IMG/VR virus record: IMGVR_UViG_3300025066_000019
Strand: one strand, 5' to 3'
Origin: an uncultured virus (IMG/VR IMGVR_UViG_3300025066_000019)
Taxonomy: Duplodnaviria; Heunggongvirae; Uroviricota; Caudoviricetes
DNA: 64,000 nucleotides
Part shown: in pieces, positions 10,649-20,392 of the stretch
Layout of the letters: every line of letters starts with the position of its first letter
How positions within the stretch are numbered: the first letter of the stretch is position 1
Made by a program: the position numbers and the translations under genes
Notes under the pieces: generated by a model
Database searches by the model: none
What the model was told of the DNA's origin: nothing
What the model saw: the letters and a program-made list of their open reading frames with translations, nothing else

Positions 10649-11542
10649 TTACACAGCTTCAGTTTCGTCTGGAGAAGACGGAGCTTCGCTCTCTTCACCA
10701 ACACGTACTGTCTCTTCTTCTGATATTTCTGCATGACGTTCTCTATCCCTCTCTACCGCTTCGGGTGTTAGGAAAACCTTGTCGTACTCTCCATCTTCAA
10801 ACTCATGGTCTACCTCAAACCCCTCTTGGAACTTAAGGGCTGAAAGCTTAATTAGCTCGTTACGGCGACCCTGTTCGTCTCTCTGTTTCTTCTCGTCTAA
10901 ATATTTGATTCTCTCAAAGAAGTTAACCTTGCTTTGCTGTTCGGTTTTAAATCGCTGGTCACGAGTACCCTTCAACTGCTCGAACTTCTTATCCTTCTTA
11001 CCTTGAAGGTCATTACCCATCTTGGTAGCGGTCTCCATAGCAGCAACACACTGGGAGATGGTACGATTTATGTTCGACACCTTCTCTGTCTTCTCACCGA
11101 CATCTTCAATTCGGTAGGCCTTCTCCAAATCGCCTCTCAGCCTCTCAATATCAGTTGATAGACTACTACGGTCTTCCAGGGCTCGGTTCAACTGAATGTC
11201 CAGCATGATAAGGTCTTTAATCATCATTTCATCAGTATGAGCTACATCACTACCAACAAACTGTTCATATAGTGCTGCCCAAGACTGTTCGAAATACCTC
11301 TTCTCGTCAGAGCTAATAAGCTGTCTCTGTACGGCATTCCAAAAATAACGGGTGTGAAGAACTGCTACATAATTATTAGAGGGGGCAGGATTACTCTCGA
11401 CTGCCTTGCTTTCCGCTCGGATTCTCTCGACGGCCAAAACCGTCCTATCAAATCTCTTTGCGATGTCTTTGTCGGATTCAGTAGCTAGATAAGATTCTAT
11501 CCGACTCTTCTCGTCTGCCCCTATTCTACCCTTCTTCGTCAT
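10649..11542 (-). CDS. Coiled-coil protein with N-terminal HTH-like segment; candidate small terminase
   Basis: 297 aa; SDKDIAKRFDRTVLAVERIR HTH-like; upstream of terminase operon; function inferred. Confidence 0.45.
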   Translation of the reverse strand: MTKKGRIGADEKSRIESYLATESDKDIAKRFDRTVLAVERIRAESKAVESNPAPSNNYVAVLHTRYFWNAVQRQLISSDEKRYFEQSWAALYEQFVGSDVAHTDEMMIKDLIMLDIQLNRALEDRSSLSTDIERLRGDLEKAYRIEDVGEKTEKVSNINRTISQCVAAMETATKMGNDLQGKKDKKFEQLKGTRDQRFKTEQQSKVNFFERIKYLDEKKQRDEQGRRNELIKLSALKFQEGFEVDHEFEDGEYDKVFLTPEAVERDRERHAEISEEETVRVGEESEAPSSPDETEAV

Positions 11543-12095
11543 GGTTGAGTATCTCCTTAATTTTGTCGATTAATTTATCACGCCGGGGCTTGGGGACTGT
11601 TACACCGTCAAGAAAAGATATAAAATCACGTCTAAACTCAACTGGCAACTCCCTGTCAATAATGTCAAAAATCTCTGAACGTTGAATGTGGTCAACAAAG
11701 TTAAACTTATCAGTGTTTTCATAGTTACTCTCCATAGCGAAGGGTTGGGCGATGTTTCTTTTTAAGGAGTTTCTCTCACGCCACTTCTCGCGTTTTTCTT
11801 CGGAAATATCTTTGGGTTCGGGACGATACCATTTGTCTCTTTTTAGGGAGATGAGACGGTTGCGGATATGGGTTACTAGAAAAGTGCGGAGCGAAGCCCC
11901 GCGAGTTGCATCATATTTATCCAGCACATTCAGTGCGAAAATCCATGCTTCCTGACTAATATCTTCTACATCGTATGTGCCGAAGGTAAACTTGCCTGCA
12001 AACATTCTGATGACCTCAGTGATGGTGTCCATCACTTCTTCTTCAGTATATCCTTCAGGAATATTATTAAGCATTGCTGTTGGAATTGTCGCCAT
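11526..12095 (-). CDS. Phage sigma70-family sigma factor
   Basis: Region-2 motif EDISQEAWIFALNVLDKYDATRGASLRTFLVTHIRNRLISLKRD; AAGAGG RBS before MATIP. Confidence 0.8.
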   Translation of the reverse strand: MATIPTAMLNNIPEGYTEEEVMDTITEVIRMFAGKFTFGTYDVEDISQEAWIFALNVLDKYDATRGASLRTFLVTHIRNRLISLKRDKWYRPEPKDISEEKREKWRERNSLKRNIAQPFAMESNYENTDKFNFVDHIQRSEIFDIIDRELPVEFRRDFISFLDGVTVPKPRRDKLIDKIKEILNHDEEG

Positions 12096-12240
12096 CCTCT
12101 TTTTTAGAGCCGAGAAGAACATCTAGTCCATCTTCCTTCGATGGGTCTTCTTGCTCTAATTCATCTTTTGTCTGCTTTTGGCTGTTCGCCGCTTCTGTGG
12201 TGTATAATTTGCTAGGGACCACATTTTGGTTGGAATTCAT
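12067..12240 (-). CDS. Small acidic hypothetical protein (57 aa)
   Basis: AGGAG RBS, MNSNQNVVPSK..., overlaps sigma start. Confidence 0.55.
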   Translation of the reverse strand: MNSNQNVVPSKLYTTEAANSQKQTKDELEQEDPSKEDGLDVLLGSKKEDGDNSNSNA

Positions 12241-12307
12241 AAAGTCTCCTGTGTATAAAAGTTACCAATCACACCCTATTATACACATAGAGAAAGGAAA
12301 ATGTCAA

Positions 12308-12718
12308 ATGAACAAAGTTTGGAATGAAGTAGAAATCGCATTCTTGAAAGAAAATGCACAAAGACTTACTGATAATGATGGTGCCCGTAAGCTCAGTGAA
12401 TTGGTAGGAAGAACAATCACTATGGAGTCTTGGCGTAAGAAGAGACAGAAGCTCAAGATTAGGAAGAGACCCGGTCGCGGAGTGTGTGAACTAGAAACCA
12501 CTAGGACTGTTGTCGGCTTTAATGGTGAGATTAAGTACACCCCTGCTGACTGGCCTGATAAACAACCGAACGTAAACTGCTACGGTGAACCGGCTTACGT
12601 CAATCCTGACCTCTGGCCCGGTGGTGCTGAGTATCTCGAACAAGAGGAAATCAAGAGATTGGTGGAACGTAGCAAGGTGTCTGAGGTAAACCCTCCTAGT
12701 GAGAAAAAGGACAAGTAA
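12308..12718 (+). CDS. Putative DNA-binding protein
   Basis: MNKVWNEVEIAFLKEN...RKKRQKL HTH-like pattern; AAAGGA RBS. Confidence 0.55.
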   Translation: MNKVWNEVEIAFLKENAQRLTDNDGARKLSELVGRTITMESWRKKRQKLKIRKRPGRGVCELETTRTVVGFNGEIKYTPADWPDKQPNVNCYGEPAYVNPDLWPGGAEYLEQEEIKRLVERSKVSEVNPPSEKKDK

Positions 12719-12719
12719 C

Positions 12720-12956
12720 ATGAGTAAGAACTATGAAGAGAAAACGTGGGAAGAGTTTCGGGACAGTGGCTTAGGTTGGTTTATTAATATGACCCTACAT
12801 GCCTTTGGTTGGAGTCTGTGCTTTGAGTCAGATGAGAATGGTATTAGAAGGGTGTTTCCTGCCAGAACTACTTGGATTGGGTTTAGTGAGGAAGATAACG
12901 AAATCTCTCACGAGAAATTCAAGAAATATATGAAAGATTATACTAATGAAAAATAG
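12720..12956 (+). CDS. Hypothetical protein
   Basis: Closely spaced ORF MSKNYEEKTWEEFRDSGL. Confidence 0.65.
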   Translation: MSKNYEEKTWEEFRDSGLGWFINMTLHAFGWSLCFESDENGIRRVFPARTTWIGFSEEDNEISHEKFKKYMKDYTNEK

Positions 12957-13185
12957 CACCGACAAGATATACGCCTGCCCGCTTTGTGGGCACTACTTTG
13001 CCTCGTTAGGAACAGACGGATGCTTTCATAGTCCTCAAGGGTTACTTGGTATGATTACGCCTGTGTTGATGGAGGTTGACGAAGCTTTGAGTAGGTGTTA
13101 TGAAGACATGGAGGAGTTGCAGACCAAGATGGCAAACGCCTCCGACAACCTTGAAAAGCTAAAGGAGATTAAGCGTGACTATTAA
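12946..13185 (+). CDS. Hypothetical protein (CxxC)
   Basis: Overlapping ORF in operon. Confidence 0.6.
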   Translation: MKNSTDKIYACPLCGHYFASLGTDGCFHSPQGLLGMITPVLMEVDEALSRCYEDMEELQTKMANASDNLEKLKEIKRDY

Positions 13186-13208
13186 GAGACGCTCGACACT
13201 TCGCCACA

Positions 13209-14012
13209 ATGTCAATTGATATACACTATAAGGGGCGACTTGGTAATAACCTCTTTCAGTATGGTATCGCTCTTATAATAGCAGAAGAAACAGGAATAGG
13301 TCTCGCTCCCTACCAGGGAAGAAATAGAGACTTGTTTAAAAACTGCATGAGTCACATACCAGAAAACAGAGTAAGAGATATGTCTTACTTTATCCCAGTC
13401 GTTAATATAAGACAAGACTTTGATTTTAATGAAATAGTTTCTATCTCTAGTCATATTGATAAGATTCACCTTGATGGATTTTTTCAAGTGGCTGACTACT
13501 ACGAATGTTACAGGAATAGACTTAAGCACTGGTATCATATTCCAGAAACAGACTGGACCCCAGATGAAGAAGACATTGTATTCCACATTAGAAGAAGCGA
13601 CTTTGCTCCCAACGATTCAATACTGCCTTTCTCTTGGTATGAAAAGGTTTTAGAGGTTGATAACTACAAAAAGGTATATTTGTGTGGCCACCCGGTTGAC
13701 TTAGATGACGAGGTAAGAGGCTTCTTTAAGAAGTACAATGCTGAGTGTATAGGAACAGAAAACGAACTTTCTGCAATTCAAAAAATAAAAAGGTTTACAA
13801 AAGTGGTTCAGTCCACAAGTTCATTTTGCTGGTGGGCTGTTTATTTATCAGATAAAGCTATCAAAATATACACGCCTATTCCAAGTAAGGGGTTCTGGAG
13901 CCCCTCACGAACAGAACAGAGATTAATCATCAATCGTCCAGAATATATAAACTTTAAACAAGAAGAAGGAAAGTGGCAACTACAATCGAAAGTCGCAACT
14001 CCAGGCGTATAA
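13209..14012 (+). CDS. Glycosyltransferase family 11 (alpha-1,2-fucosyltransferase-like)
   Basis: GRLGNNLFQY, HIRRSDF and STSSFCWWA motifs. Confidence 0.85.
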   Translation: MSIDIHYKGRLGNNLFQYGIALIIAEETGIGLAPYQGRNRDLFKNCMSHIPENRVRDMSYFIPVVNIRQDFDFNEIVSISSHIDKIHLDGFFQVADYYECYRNRLKHWYHIPETDWTPDEEDIVFHIRRSDFAPNDSILPFSWYEKVLEVDNYKKVYLCGHPVDLDDEVRGFFKKYNAECIGTENELSAIQKIKRFTKVVQSTSSFCWWAVYLSDKAIKIYTPIPSKGFWSPSRTEQRLIINRPEYINFKQEEGKWQLQSKVATPGV

Positions 14013-14062
14013 TATAGTGGGGTATCACACTATCATCACTCTTAAGGGGAGAGAGACACGCC

Positions 14063-14341
14063 ATGGCAAATCAAATCAAGCTAAAACTAGAGTATCGACT
14101 GAAGCGAGCAGGGGCCAACTACCAACAGGCACTACTCGATGGAAACGGAAAGGATATAGAGAAATACCACAAAAAATTCCAAGATATTCAAATGACGTTA
14201 GGTTCGCCCGCCCGCATGAAGTTTGAGGAGGCGAATGAAGAGATAAGAATGTGCTATCTTAACGTGATGAGTATTGTTGGCGATGACGTGTGGGACTTCC
14301 TCATTAAAAATGAATTCTACAAAACCCCCTACACACACTAA
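14063..14341 (+). CDS. Hypothetical protein
   Basis: 92 aa with purine-rich RBS. Confidence 0.6.
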   Translation: MANQIKLKLEYRLKRAGANYQQALLDGNGKDIEKYHKKFQDIQMTLGSPARMKFEEANEEIRMCYLNVMSIVGDDVWDFLIKNEFYKTPYTH

Positions 14342-14963
14342 GAAACGGATATTAATAACAGGAGCAGGCCGGTCAGGCACGAGTGTCTTTAAGATGCTCA
14401 TGTCCACCGGCTTTTTTAATATACGGGCTCTACCGGGCGAGAAGTTCCCCGAAAAAAAGTTCATAACACCCCCAAAAATTCTCCTCGGCAAGTGTCTCGC
14501 CATCCCTCTCAAACGGATGCAAAAGTATCTACTTGACAGCGACTTAGCTGTCCTCTTTATGATTCGCCACCCCTATGATGTTCTGGTGTCAGAGCATCCA
14601 TCAACGAGGGGGACTTATTGTACCCCACCGGAAGTGTGGAATCACATGGCAGACATAGCCTTATGTATGAGTGAGTCGATGACTGTTGTTAGTTACGATA
14701 AGCTAGTTAACCAGCCCGATGTACAGCAGAAACGTATAGCCGAAAAGTTGAGTCTCACAATTAAACGCCCGTTCTCAGAGTGTCACGAATACTTCGACGA
14801 GACCGATGTCGAGATGGTGAAGAACATGGGTGGGATAAGGCCTATGGATACTTCTAGGAATAAGATGTGGCACCGTCACTGGCACGCCGAACGAATCAAT
14901 GATATTAAAGAACGATACCCTGACATGCTAAGGAAATATAACGATGTTCTCGAACTCTCATAA
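14310..14963 (+). CDS. Sulfotransferase-family protein
   Basis: 5'-PSB motif ITGAGRSGTS, 3'-PB motif RHPYDVLVS, SYDKLV. Confidence 0.75.
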   Translation: MNSTKPPTHTKKRILITGAGRSGTSVFKMLMSTGFFNIRALPGEKFPEKKFITPPKILLGKCLAIPLKRMQKYLLDSDLAVLFMIRHPYDVLVSEHPSTRGTYCTPPEVWNHMADIALCMSESMTVVSYDKLVNQPDVQQKRIAEKLSLTIKRPFSECHEYFDETDVEMVKNMGGIRPMDTSRNKMWHRHWHAERINDIKERYPDMLRKYNDVLELS

Positions 14964-15603
14964 GTTTGTGTATGTTCACCCACAAAAAACGGGTGGGAAT
15001 ACCATCTCTGAATATCTCTTTCCTCATACGGAGCATGTCAAGTATACTCGGGGCCAACTACTCAAGGGAGGCTTCAGTCTCGGACAGTCACAAGGTATCG
15101 GCAAGCACGCCGGGATTGAGTCTTACAAACGACTGGGGTTTCACCTTCGCATGGAGGAATGGACCGTGTTCGGCTCTATACGGTATCCCCTTGACAGGTT
15201 ACTAAGCTGGTGGTATTATGAGAAGAGTGTAAAGACAGGTGAAGCAAATGGACCTACCAACTTCTACTCGTTGACCGCCTTTGCCAAGAAGTGGTATAAG
15301 GGGTACTCTTACAAAAATATGTTCCATGACGAAGCAGGGGAGCTAATTGTGAGAGACGTAGTTCGTCTCGAACGTATAGCCGACGACCTACCTCCTCTCT
15401 TAGCCAAAATAGGGATTGAGATAAAGGGTGAGGAGATTCCCAGGATTAATGGGAACAGTAAGAGGCCCATTGAGACGGAAGGGGAAGTCATGGCGAACCT
15501 CGACGCCTGGATGAGAGAGCGATTTCCGTTCGATTTCAGTTACTATGAGGAGAGTCCGTTGGAGAGGCTGAGGAACTGGGGGTATCAAAAGAGACTACTC
15601 TAA
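14944..15603 (+). CDS. Sulfotransferase family 2 (carbohydrate sulfotransferase-like)
   Basis: FVYVHPQKTGGNTI, IRYPLDRLLSWW, RLERIADDL. Confidence 0.8.
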   Translation: MFSNSHKFVYVHPQKTGGNTISEYLFPHTEHVKYTRGQLLKGGFSLGQSQGIGKHAGIESYKRLGFHLRMEEWTVFGSIRYPLDRLLSWWYYEKSVKTGEANGPTNFYSLTAFAKKWYKGYSYKNMFHDEAGELIVRDVVRLERIADDLPPLLAKIGIEIKGEEIPRINGNSKRPIETEGEVMANLDAWMRERFPFDFSYYEESPLERLRNWGYQKRLL

Positions 15604-16689
15604 TGGTATGCCATTCGGAAACATCTTATCTAACTCCTTTTTTCTTTTCCATGATTTTCTTGTGTATCCATGGGGCACTTCTGCCGCATCTTCTTCTGTC
15701 CATCCATTATTGATTCTTGATACATATATACTTGGAGATATTCCCTCTGCTAATTTTTTTGGCGAGTCAATTCTTTTCTTTTTATTGTTGTTTGATGTTG
15801 GTGGGGTAAGTATACATTCCGCATCATTCATTCCTAACTCTTTTCTTTTTTTAAGAGTAGTGTCGCATACTTTACATCTTGGGTCTCTCGCCCATTCCTT
15901 TAAGGTTTTTCTTTCTCCGTCAAACTCAAGAAATATTTTTTGTCTCCCGTATTTTGTGCTAAGACCTTTCTTTTTTAAGAAATTATACACAGAAGAATCC
16001 TTAACTCCATACAAAGGGGCTATTTCACGATACTTCATTCCCTTCCGTCTCATTTCAAGTATGTCTTCTAAATAAGGTTCTAACTGAGACTTTCTATTGT
16101 TGGCGACACCTTCTCTTTTTTTCATGGCTTTCTTATAACCTTCTGACTTCTTCCAGTCTTCCATATTATCTTTTGTAGAGCCGACAAGTAAATGCTCAGG
16201 ATTCACACATGTTTTATTGTTACATCTATGTCTAATCACAAGCCCAAGAGGCCATTCCTCAGTATGTAAAAAATAAGATACTCTATGGGCCAACTTGCCG
16301 CTTATGTATAGATAGCCATCACGGTACGGTTTCTTTCCTGGGATTGTTAAACAGCCTGTCTCTCCTAAAGGCTCCAGGTTATTTTTCGATAACACCCTGC
16401 GGATATATGCGGTTAGCTTAGGGGGTTCAGAAGGAATCGTCTTGTTTGAGTATAGGTCTCTATTGGCTACCAACTCTTTGCCTTCCAGAGTCGCTGCTTC
16501 TTTAGCATCTTTACATTGAGCAAATAATGCGGCATAGTTATATCTTCGGTTTCGGACTCTACTACCTATATCATAAGACGAGCCCAAATAGGGCTTCTCG
16601 GAGGGGCTATTAGTTACCTTTAGGAGATAGACGCCTGGGATTCCAGAAAATTTACTTCGGAATGCTTCGATGGTGGTATAATGTGTCAT
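15595..16689 (-). CDS. Homing endonuclease with HNH domain and N-terminal GIY-YIG-like segment
   Basis: AHRVSY...RHRCNNKTCVNPEHL...DN; GVYLL...YLGSS; C-terminal HTH-like repeats; AT-rich, opposite strand to neighbours. Confidence 0.8.
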   Translation of the reverse strand: MTHYTTIEAFRSKFSGIPGVYLLKVTNSPSEKPYLGSSYDIGSRVRNRRYNYAALFAQCKDAKEAATLEGKELVANRDLYSNKTIPSEPPKLTAYIRRVLSKNNLEPLGETGCLTIPGKKPYRDGYLYISGKLAHRVSYFLHTEEWPLGLVIRHRCNNKTCVNPEHLLVGSTKDNMEDWKKSEGYKKAMKKREGVANNRKSQLEPYLEDILEMRRKGMKYREIAPLYGVKDSSVYNFLKKKGLSTKYGRQKIFLEFDGERKTLKEWARDPRCKVCDTTLKKRKELGMNDAECILTPPTSNNNKKKRIDSPKKLAEGISPSIYVSRINNGWTEEDAAEVPHGYTRKSWKRKKELDKMFPNGIPLE

Positions 16690-16789
16690 ATTCTATTATA
16701 CCTCTCAAAAAAGGAAATGACCACTAAATAAACGGACTTAATTTTAAAAGATGGAGAAGCTCGCCTGGACCACCTACTCTTTTTACGGA

Positions 16790-18200
16790 CCCCGGCCCCC
16801 CCCAACCGGGTTTATAAAACCCCCCATCGGAATATGCGGGGGGTATGGTTGACCCAATGGTGGGGGAGTCAGGCATCATGCCAGCGTAGGCGTGAGCGGG
16901 GGGTATGGCCATCCCTCATCGGGGGGGAGTCATGGGTGGTGCGTGGGGTGGGGGGTATGCTCGCCCCAATGGTGGGGTATACGCCTGGGGTAGCATACGG
17001 GGGGTGTGGTTGCCCCAATGGTGGGGAGTTATGCTGCATTTCGTCGCGATTCTAGCGGGGGGTATGTGCCCGCCCACTGGAGGGGGTGCATCCGTTTTAA
17101 CACCCCTAGGGGACGATTCTAGTGGGGGGTGGATTTTGTGGGTCAACATACCTTATACGTATACGCTATCTGTGGGGCAAGCTAGACCCACTAGCAACCG
17201 GAGGCTTGGAACCCCCCATAGGTGGTAATCATTGTTTTTGGGAAGGTATAACCTTGTTTTTGGGAAAGAAATATCGGGTGGGGGGTGCGTACCCCCCCGT
17301 ACCTGAGAGGCTCTGTGGGGGCTATGTGAGGCATCAAAATTTTAGGGTATAATACCCCAAAACGCGAAATATCCTACTTTTGGGGGTGGAGGTGACCACT
17401 ACCCTCGCAAGGGGGGTATTACCTTATCTAACCCCCTCCAACGGGGGTGGTGGTATACTCAACGCCAATGGTGGGGTAAAATTGTACTGCCCTATCTAAC
17501 CCCCTCGGATGGGGGTGGTGGTAAACCCAACACCAATGGTGGGGTATCACCATATCTAACCCCCTCCAATGGGTGTGGTGGTAAGCTCCACGCTAATGGT
17601 GGGGTAAAAACATACTGGCCCCCTCTAACGGGGGTGGAGATGACCACTACCCCCGAAAGGGGGGTAAATCTGTACTGCCCTATCTAACCCCCTCCACCGG
17701 GGGTGGTGGTATGCTCCACTCCAATGGTGGGGTGAATTGTGCTATCTAATCTTACCCCCTCGATTGGGGGTGGTGGTATACCCAACACCAGATGGGGGGT
17801 GATGTATCACCAGACCATACCCACTCGAATGGGGGTGGTGGTGACCTCCATCCCAATGGTGGGGGAAACGCGAGTATTCGGCAATACCCCCCTAATGGAA
17901 AACATGTTTTTTCCTTACACCCCTCAAATGGAAAACAAAATACTTTCCAATTATTTTAACCCTAGGCTATCAAACGACTTACGACGATTTTTAACGGGGG
18001 GTATGGTGCAAAACACAATAGGTAAGATAGGGGGATAATCGACGTAAACCCTTTGATACCAATGGATTACGTAAACCCCCCTTTTGGGGCAATCGGTGTA
18101 GAGTAGAGGGACACGACGAAAACGAAAAAAAAAGTTCTTTGACAATTCAAACAAGCAGAGACAGATTGGCCCCCCGGCGGAGGTAACCCCCTCCCCCCCG
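16790..18200. repeat. Non-coding G/C-run repeat region with ~55-70 bp imperfect tandem units
   Basis: TATCTAA units at 17425, 17493, 17553, 17681, 17743 (consensus TATCTAACCCCCTCCAANGGGGGTGGTGGTA...CCAATGGTGGGGT); CCAATGGTGGGG also recurs in 16850-17030. Confidence 0.85.
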
Positions 18201-18412
18201 GCTAATCCTCACAAAAAAAATTCCACTAGACCACTAGACCACCAACTAGACAGTTGGTACAATGCTATTAGACGAAAACGAAAACGCGAAAATGAGGGAA
18301 TCAAAAATGTTAGGCTATCTAGTAGAAATTCTTAAAAAACAAGCCGAAAACGAAAACGCGAAAACTACCGAAAACGAAAACGAAAACTAACCCCCCCTTT
18401 TGGAGAAATGCT

Positions 18413-19198
18413 ATGTTTTACACTGTTTTAAATGAGTCGCAAGTTTACGCCGATGCAATTTTAAACGCCCCCGGCGTTTTGCTTGATTTACGTGACTCCC
18501 CCCAAGTGGGGTCTGGTTGGGCCACCTATTTAGGGGTGGACGAAAGTGACCTAGTTCTACCGGGGGGTCGGTCTGCTACGGTGCGGATTTGCCGAAAATC
18601 GGTAGAGGAGCTTACCCCCCGACAGAGGCGTAAGCAAATGAGAAAAGAGATTGCCCCCCGAATGGCGGCGGAAGTCGCCTCGGAAGAGGGAGTCGAATGT
18701 GACCCCCTCCAACTGGTGGCTGGCCTTGCCATGAAAGAGGCATCGTCGATTCTCGATGATAAAGACCACCCGGTTGGGGGGTACTTTGACATCCCCCCGA
18801 AAGAGTGGGGTGCGGAAGTGATGAAACAACTCCGCATTCTGGGGGGTCGCCGCCTAGCTATGCTGGGGACCACGAAAGCGAAAGCAAAACGGGCGAAAGT
18901 TATCGAGAATTTGACTATCTCGATGGAATATGTGAGCACCACCTACTTGGGGGGGACGGTTACTAGCCCCCCACAAGTGGCAAGTGACAAGACCCTCGAA
19001 TCCCCCACCGATGAGGGGGAAGAGGCCCCCCACGTCGAAACTCAGGCTGTAACCTTCAACGATATTGTTGAGGGAAACGCCTTCCTATCGGGGGGTGTGG
19101 AACACGTCAAAAGTGGCTCCTCCGAATCGGTGGTTTTTGACGGCGAAGAAATTACCTCCTTCAATTGGGGGGGTGAGGAGGAAGTGGGGGCACTGTAG
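18413..19198 (+). CDS. Hypothetical early protein
   Basis: 261 aa, GGAG RBS, first long ORF after repeat region. Confidence 0.7.
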   Translation: MFYTVLNESQVYADAILNAPGVLLDLRDSPQVGSGWATYLGVDESDLVLPGGRSATVRICRKSVEELTPRQRRKQMRKEIAPRMAAEVASEEGVECDPLQLVAGLAMKEASSILDDKDHPVGGYFDIPPKEWGAEVMKQLRILGGRRLAMLGTTKAKAKRAKVIENLTISMEYVSTTYLGGTVTSPPQVASDKTLESPTDEGEEAPHVETQAVTFNDIVEGNAFLSGGVEHVKSGSSESVVFDGEEITSFNWGGEEEVGAL

Positions 19199-19291
19199 CC
19201 CCTACGGGGGGGGGAGGGTAACACCTAACCCCCCAAGGGTGGGGGCAGGACGGTTCAAGTTAATTTCAAGTTTTTTCAAGGGAATTTCAAA

Positions 19292-19615
19292 ATGTTCAAA
19301 GCAATTGAGAAAATCGAGCGAAACCAGTTATGGGACTTACCCCCCGGAAGTACTATAGAGGTTCTCGCCTACTTCCGAATCTGGAAAGACGGCGTACCCC
19401 CCACAGTACGTAAGAAGCCAAATCAGAACCCCCCCCGAACGGAGGAGTGGACGGCTGGTTGGGTGTTGCGTCGTGTTGCGGGTGCTATCGAAGTACTAGA
19501 CAATGCTCATGTGAAACTAGTCATTATGAGGGACTCGCAAGGGAATCGGGAACATGCCGGACGATTCACTTCGGTGAATCACGATAAAGTGAAAGAGTAC
19601 TATCTGGGGGGGTAA
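19292..19615 (+). CDS. Hypothetical protein
   Basis: 107 aa, AAGGGA RBS, ends in repeat copy 1. Confidence 0.65.
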   Translation: MFKAIEKIERNQLWDLPPGSTIEVLAYFRIWKDGVPPTVRKKPNQNPPRTEEWTAGWVLRRVAGAIEVLDNAHVKLVIMRDSQGNREHAGRFTSVNHDKVKEYYLGG

Positions 19616-19709
19616 CACCCCCCCGAAAGGGAGACGCCGAATGAGAGCCCCCCGCCTGGGGGGTTCGACTTACAGTTTCTTTTTTTCACCCCCACCAACG
19701 AGGTATATC

Positions 19710-19919
19710 ATGTTGTGTCAAATCGAAGGCGTAAAAATGGACAAGCGTAAAACTTTCGTAAAGGAGATTACCGCCCCCTCCCTTCGGGTGTTGAAAAAAC
19801 ACCAAGCTGACTACCACCAAAGGGGGACTACCGCCACCCTCTGTGGTGGCCCCACTGTAGGGTGGTGGCTGAATGTTCGTACCCTTGTCAAGGAAGATGA
19901 CATAGAGGTAAACGAGTAA
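19710..19919 (+). CDS. Hypothetical cassette protein
   Basis: GAGGT RBS after repeat 1; TAA begins repeat 2. Confidence 0.65.
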   Translation: MLCQIEGVKMDKRKTFVKEITAPSLRVLKKHQADYHQRGTTATLCGGPTVGWWLNVRTLVKEDDIEVNE

Positions 19920-20011
19920 CCCCCGAAAGAGGGAGACGCTGAATGAGAGCCCCTCACATGGGGGGCTCGACTTACAGTTTCTTTTTCACCCCTAAAACGA
20001 GGTATAAGACT

Positions 20012-20302
20012 ATGGACAAGCGACTAGCAGAAATTGAAGCACGATTAGAATGGATGGATGAGAATTACCACGGTTGTGATTGGTGTTGTGGGGGGGGAGA
20101 CGAGGAGAGGAGGGAGCTACTAGAGGAGAGGGGGAAACTAGTCGAGGCAATCAAGGTTTCGACCCGTACCCCCCAAAAGTATGTTTGTGATAAATGCGAG
20201 GAGGAAACAAACGAGTTGTTCGAGCCCCCCAAAGGAGGGGAAGTGTGTGAATACTGTTACAAAAAGGAATTAGAACAGAGAAATTATCGAGACATGCAAT
20301 AA
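20012..20302 (+). CDS. Hypothetical Cys-rich cassette protein
   Basis: GAGGT RBS; CDWCC and two CxxC motifs; TAA begins repeat 3. Confidence 0.7.
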   Translation: MDKRLAEIEARLEWMDENYHGCDWCCGGGDEERRELLEERGKLVEAIKVSTRTPQKYVCDKCEEETNELFEPPKGGEVCEYCYKKELEQRNYRDMQ

Positions 20303-20392
20303 CCCCCCAAGAGAGGGAGACGCTGAATGAGAGCCCCCCGCTGGGGGGGTTCAACTTACAGTTTCTTTTTCCCCCCTAAAAGGAGTAGTTTG

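Noticed and set aside
46..12718. Plus-strand ORFs overlapping the structural genes, including the long 12074 start
   Set aside because: Antisense shadows of well-supported minus-strand genes; the 12074 ORF more plausibly starts at 12308
17425..17870. CRISPR-like tandem repeats
   Set aside because: Units are degenerate and nearly adjacent, with no unique spacers of uniform length
16724..18154. Gly/Pro/Trp-rich ORFs in the repeat region
   Set aside because: Overlapping frames on both strands, no RBS, composition dictated by G/C runs
19630..19680. Hammerhead ribozyme in the cassette repeat
   Set aside because: CTGAATGA resembles CUGANGA, but the stem is followed by GAC rather than the required GAAA, and no third stem is evident
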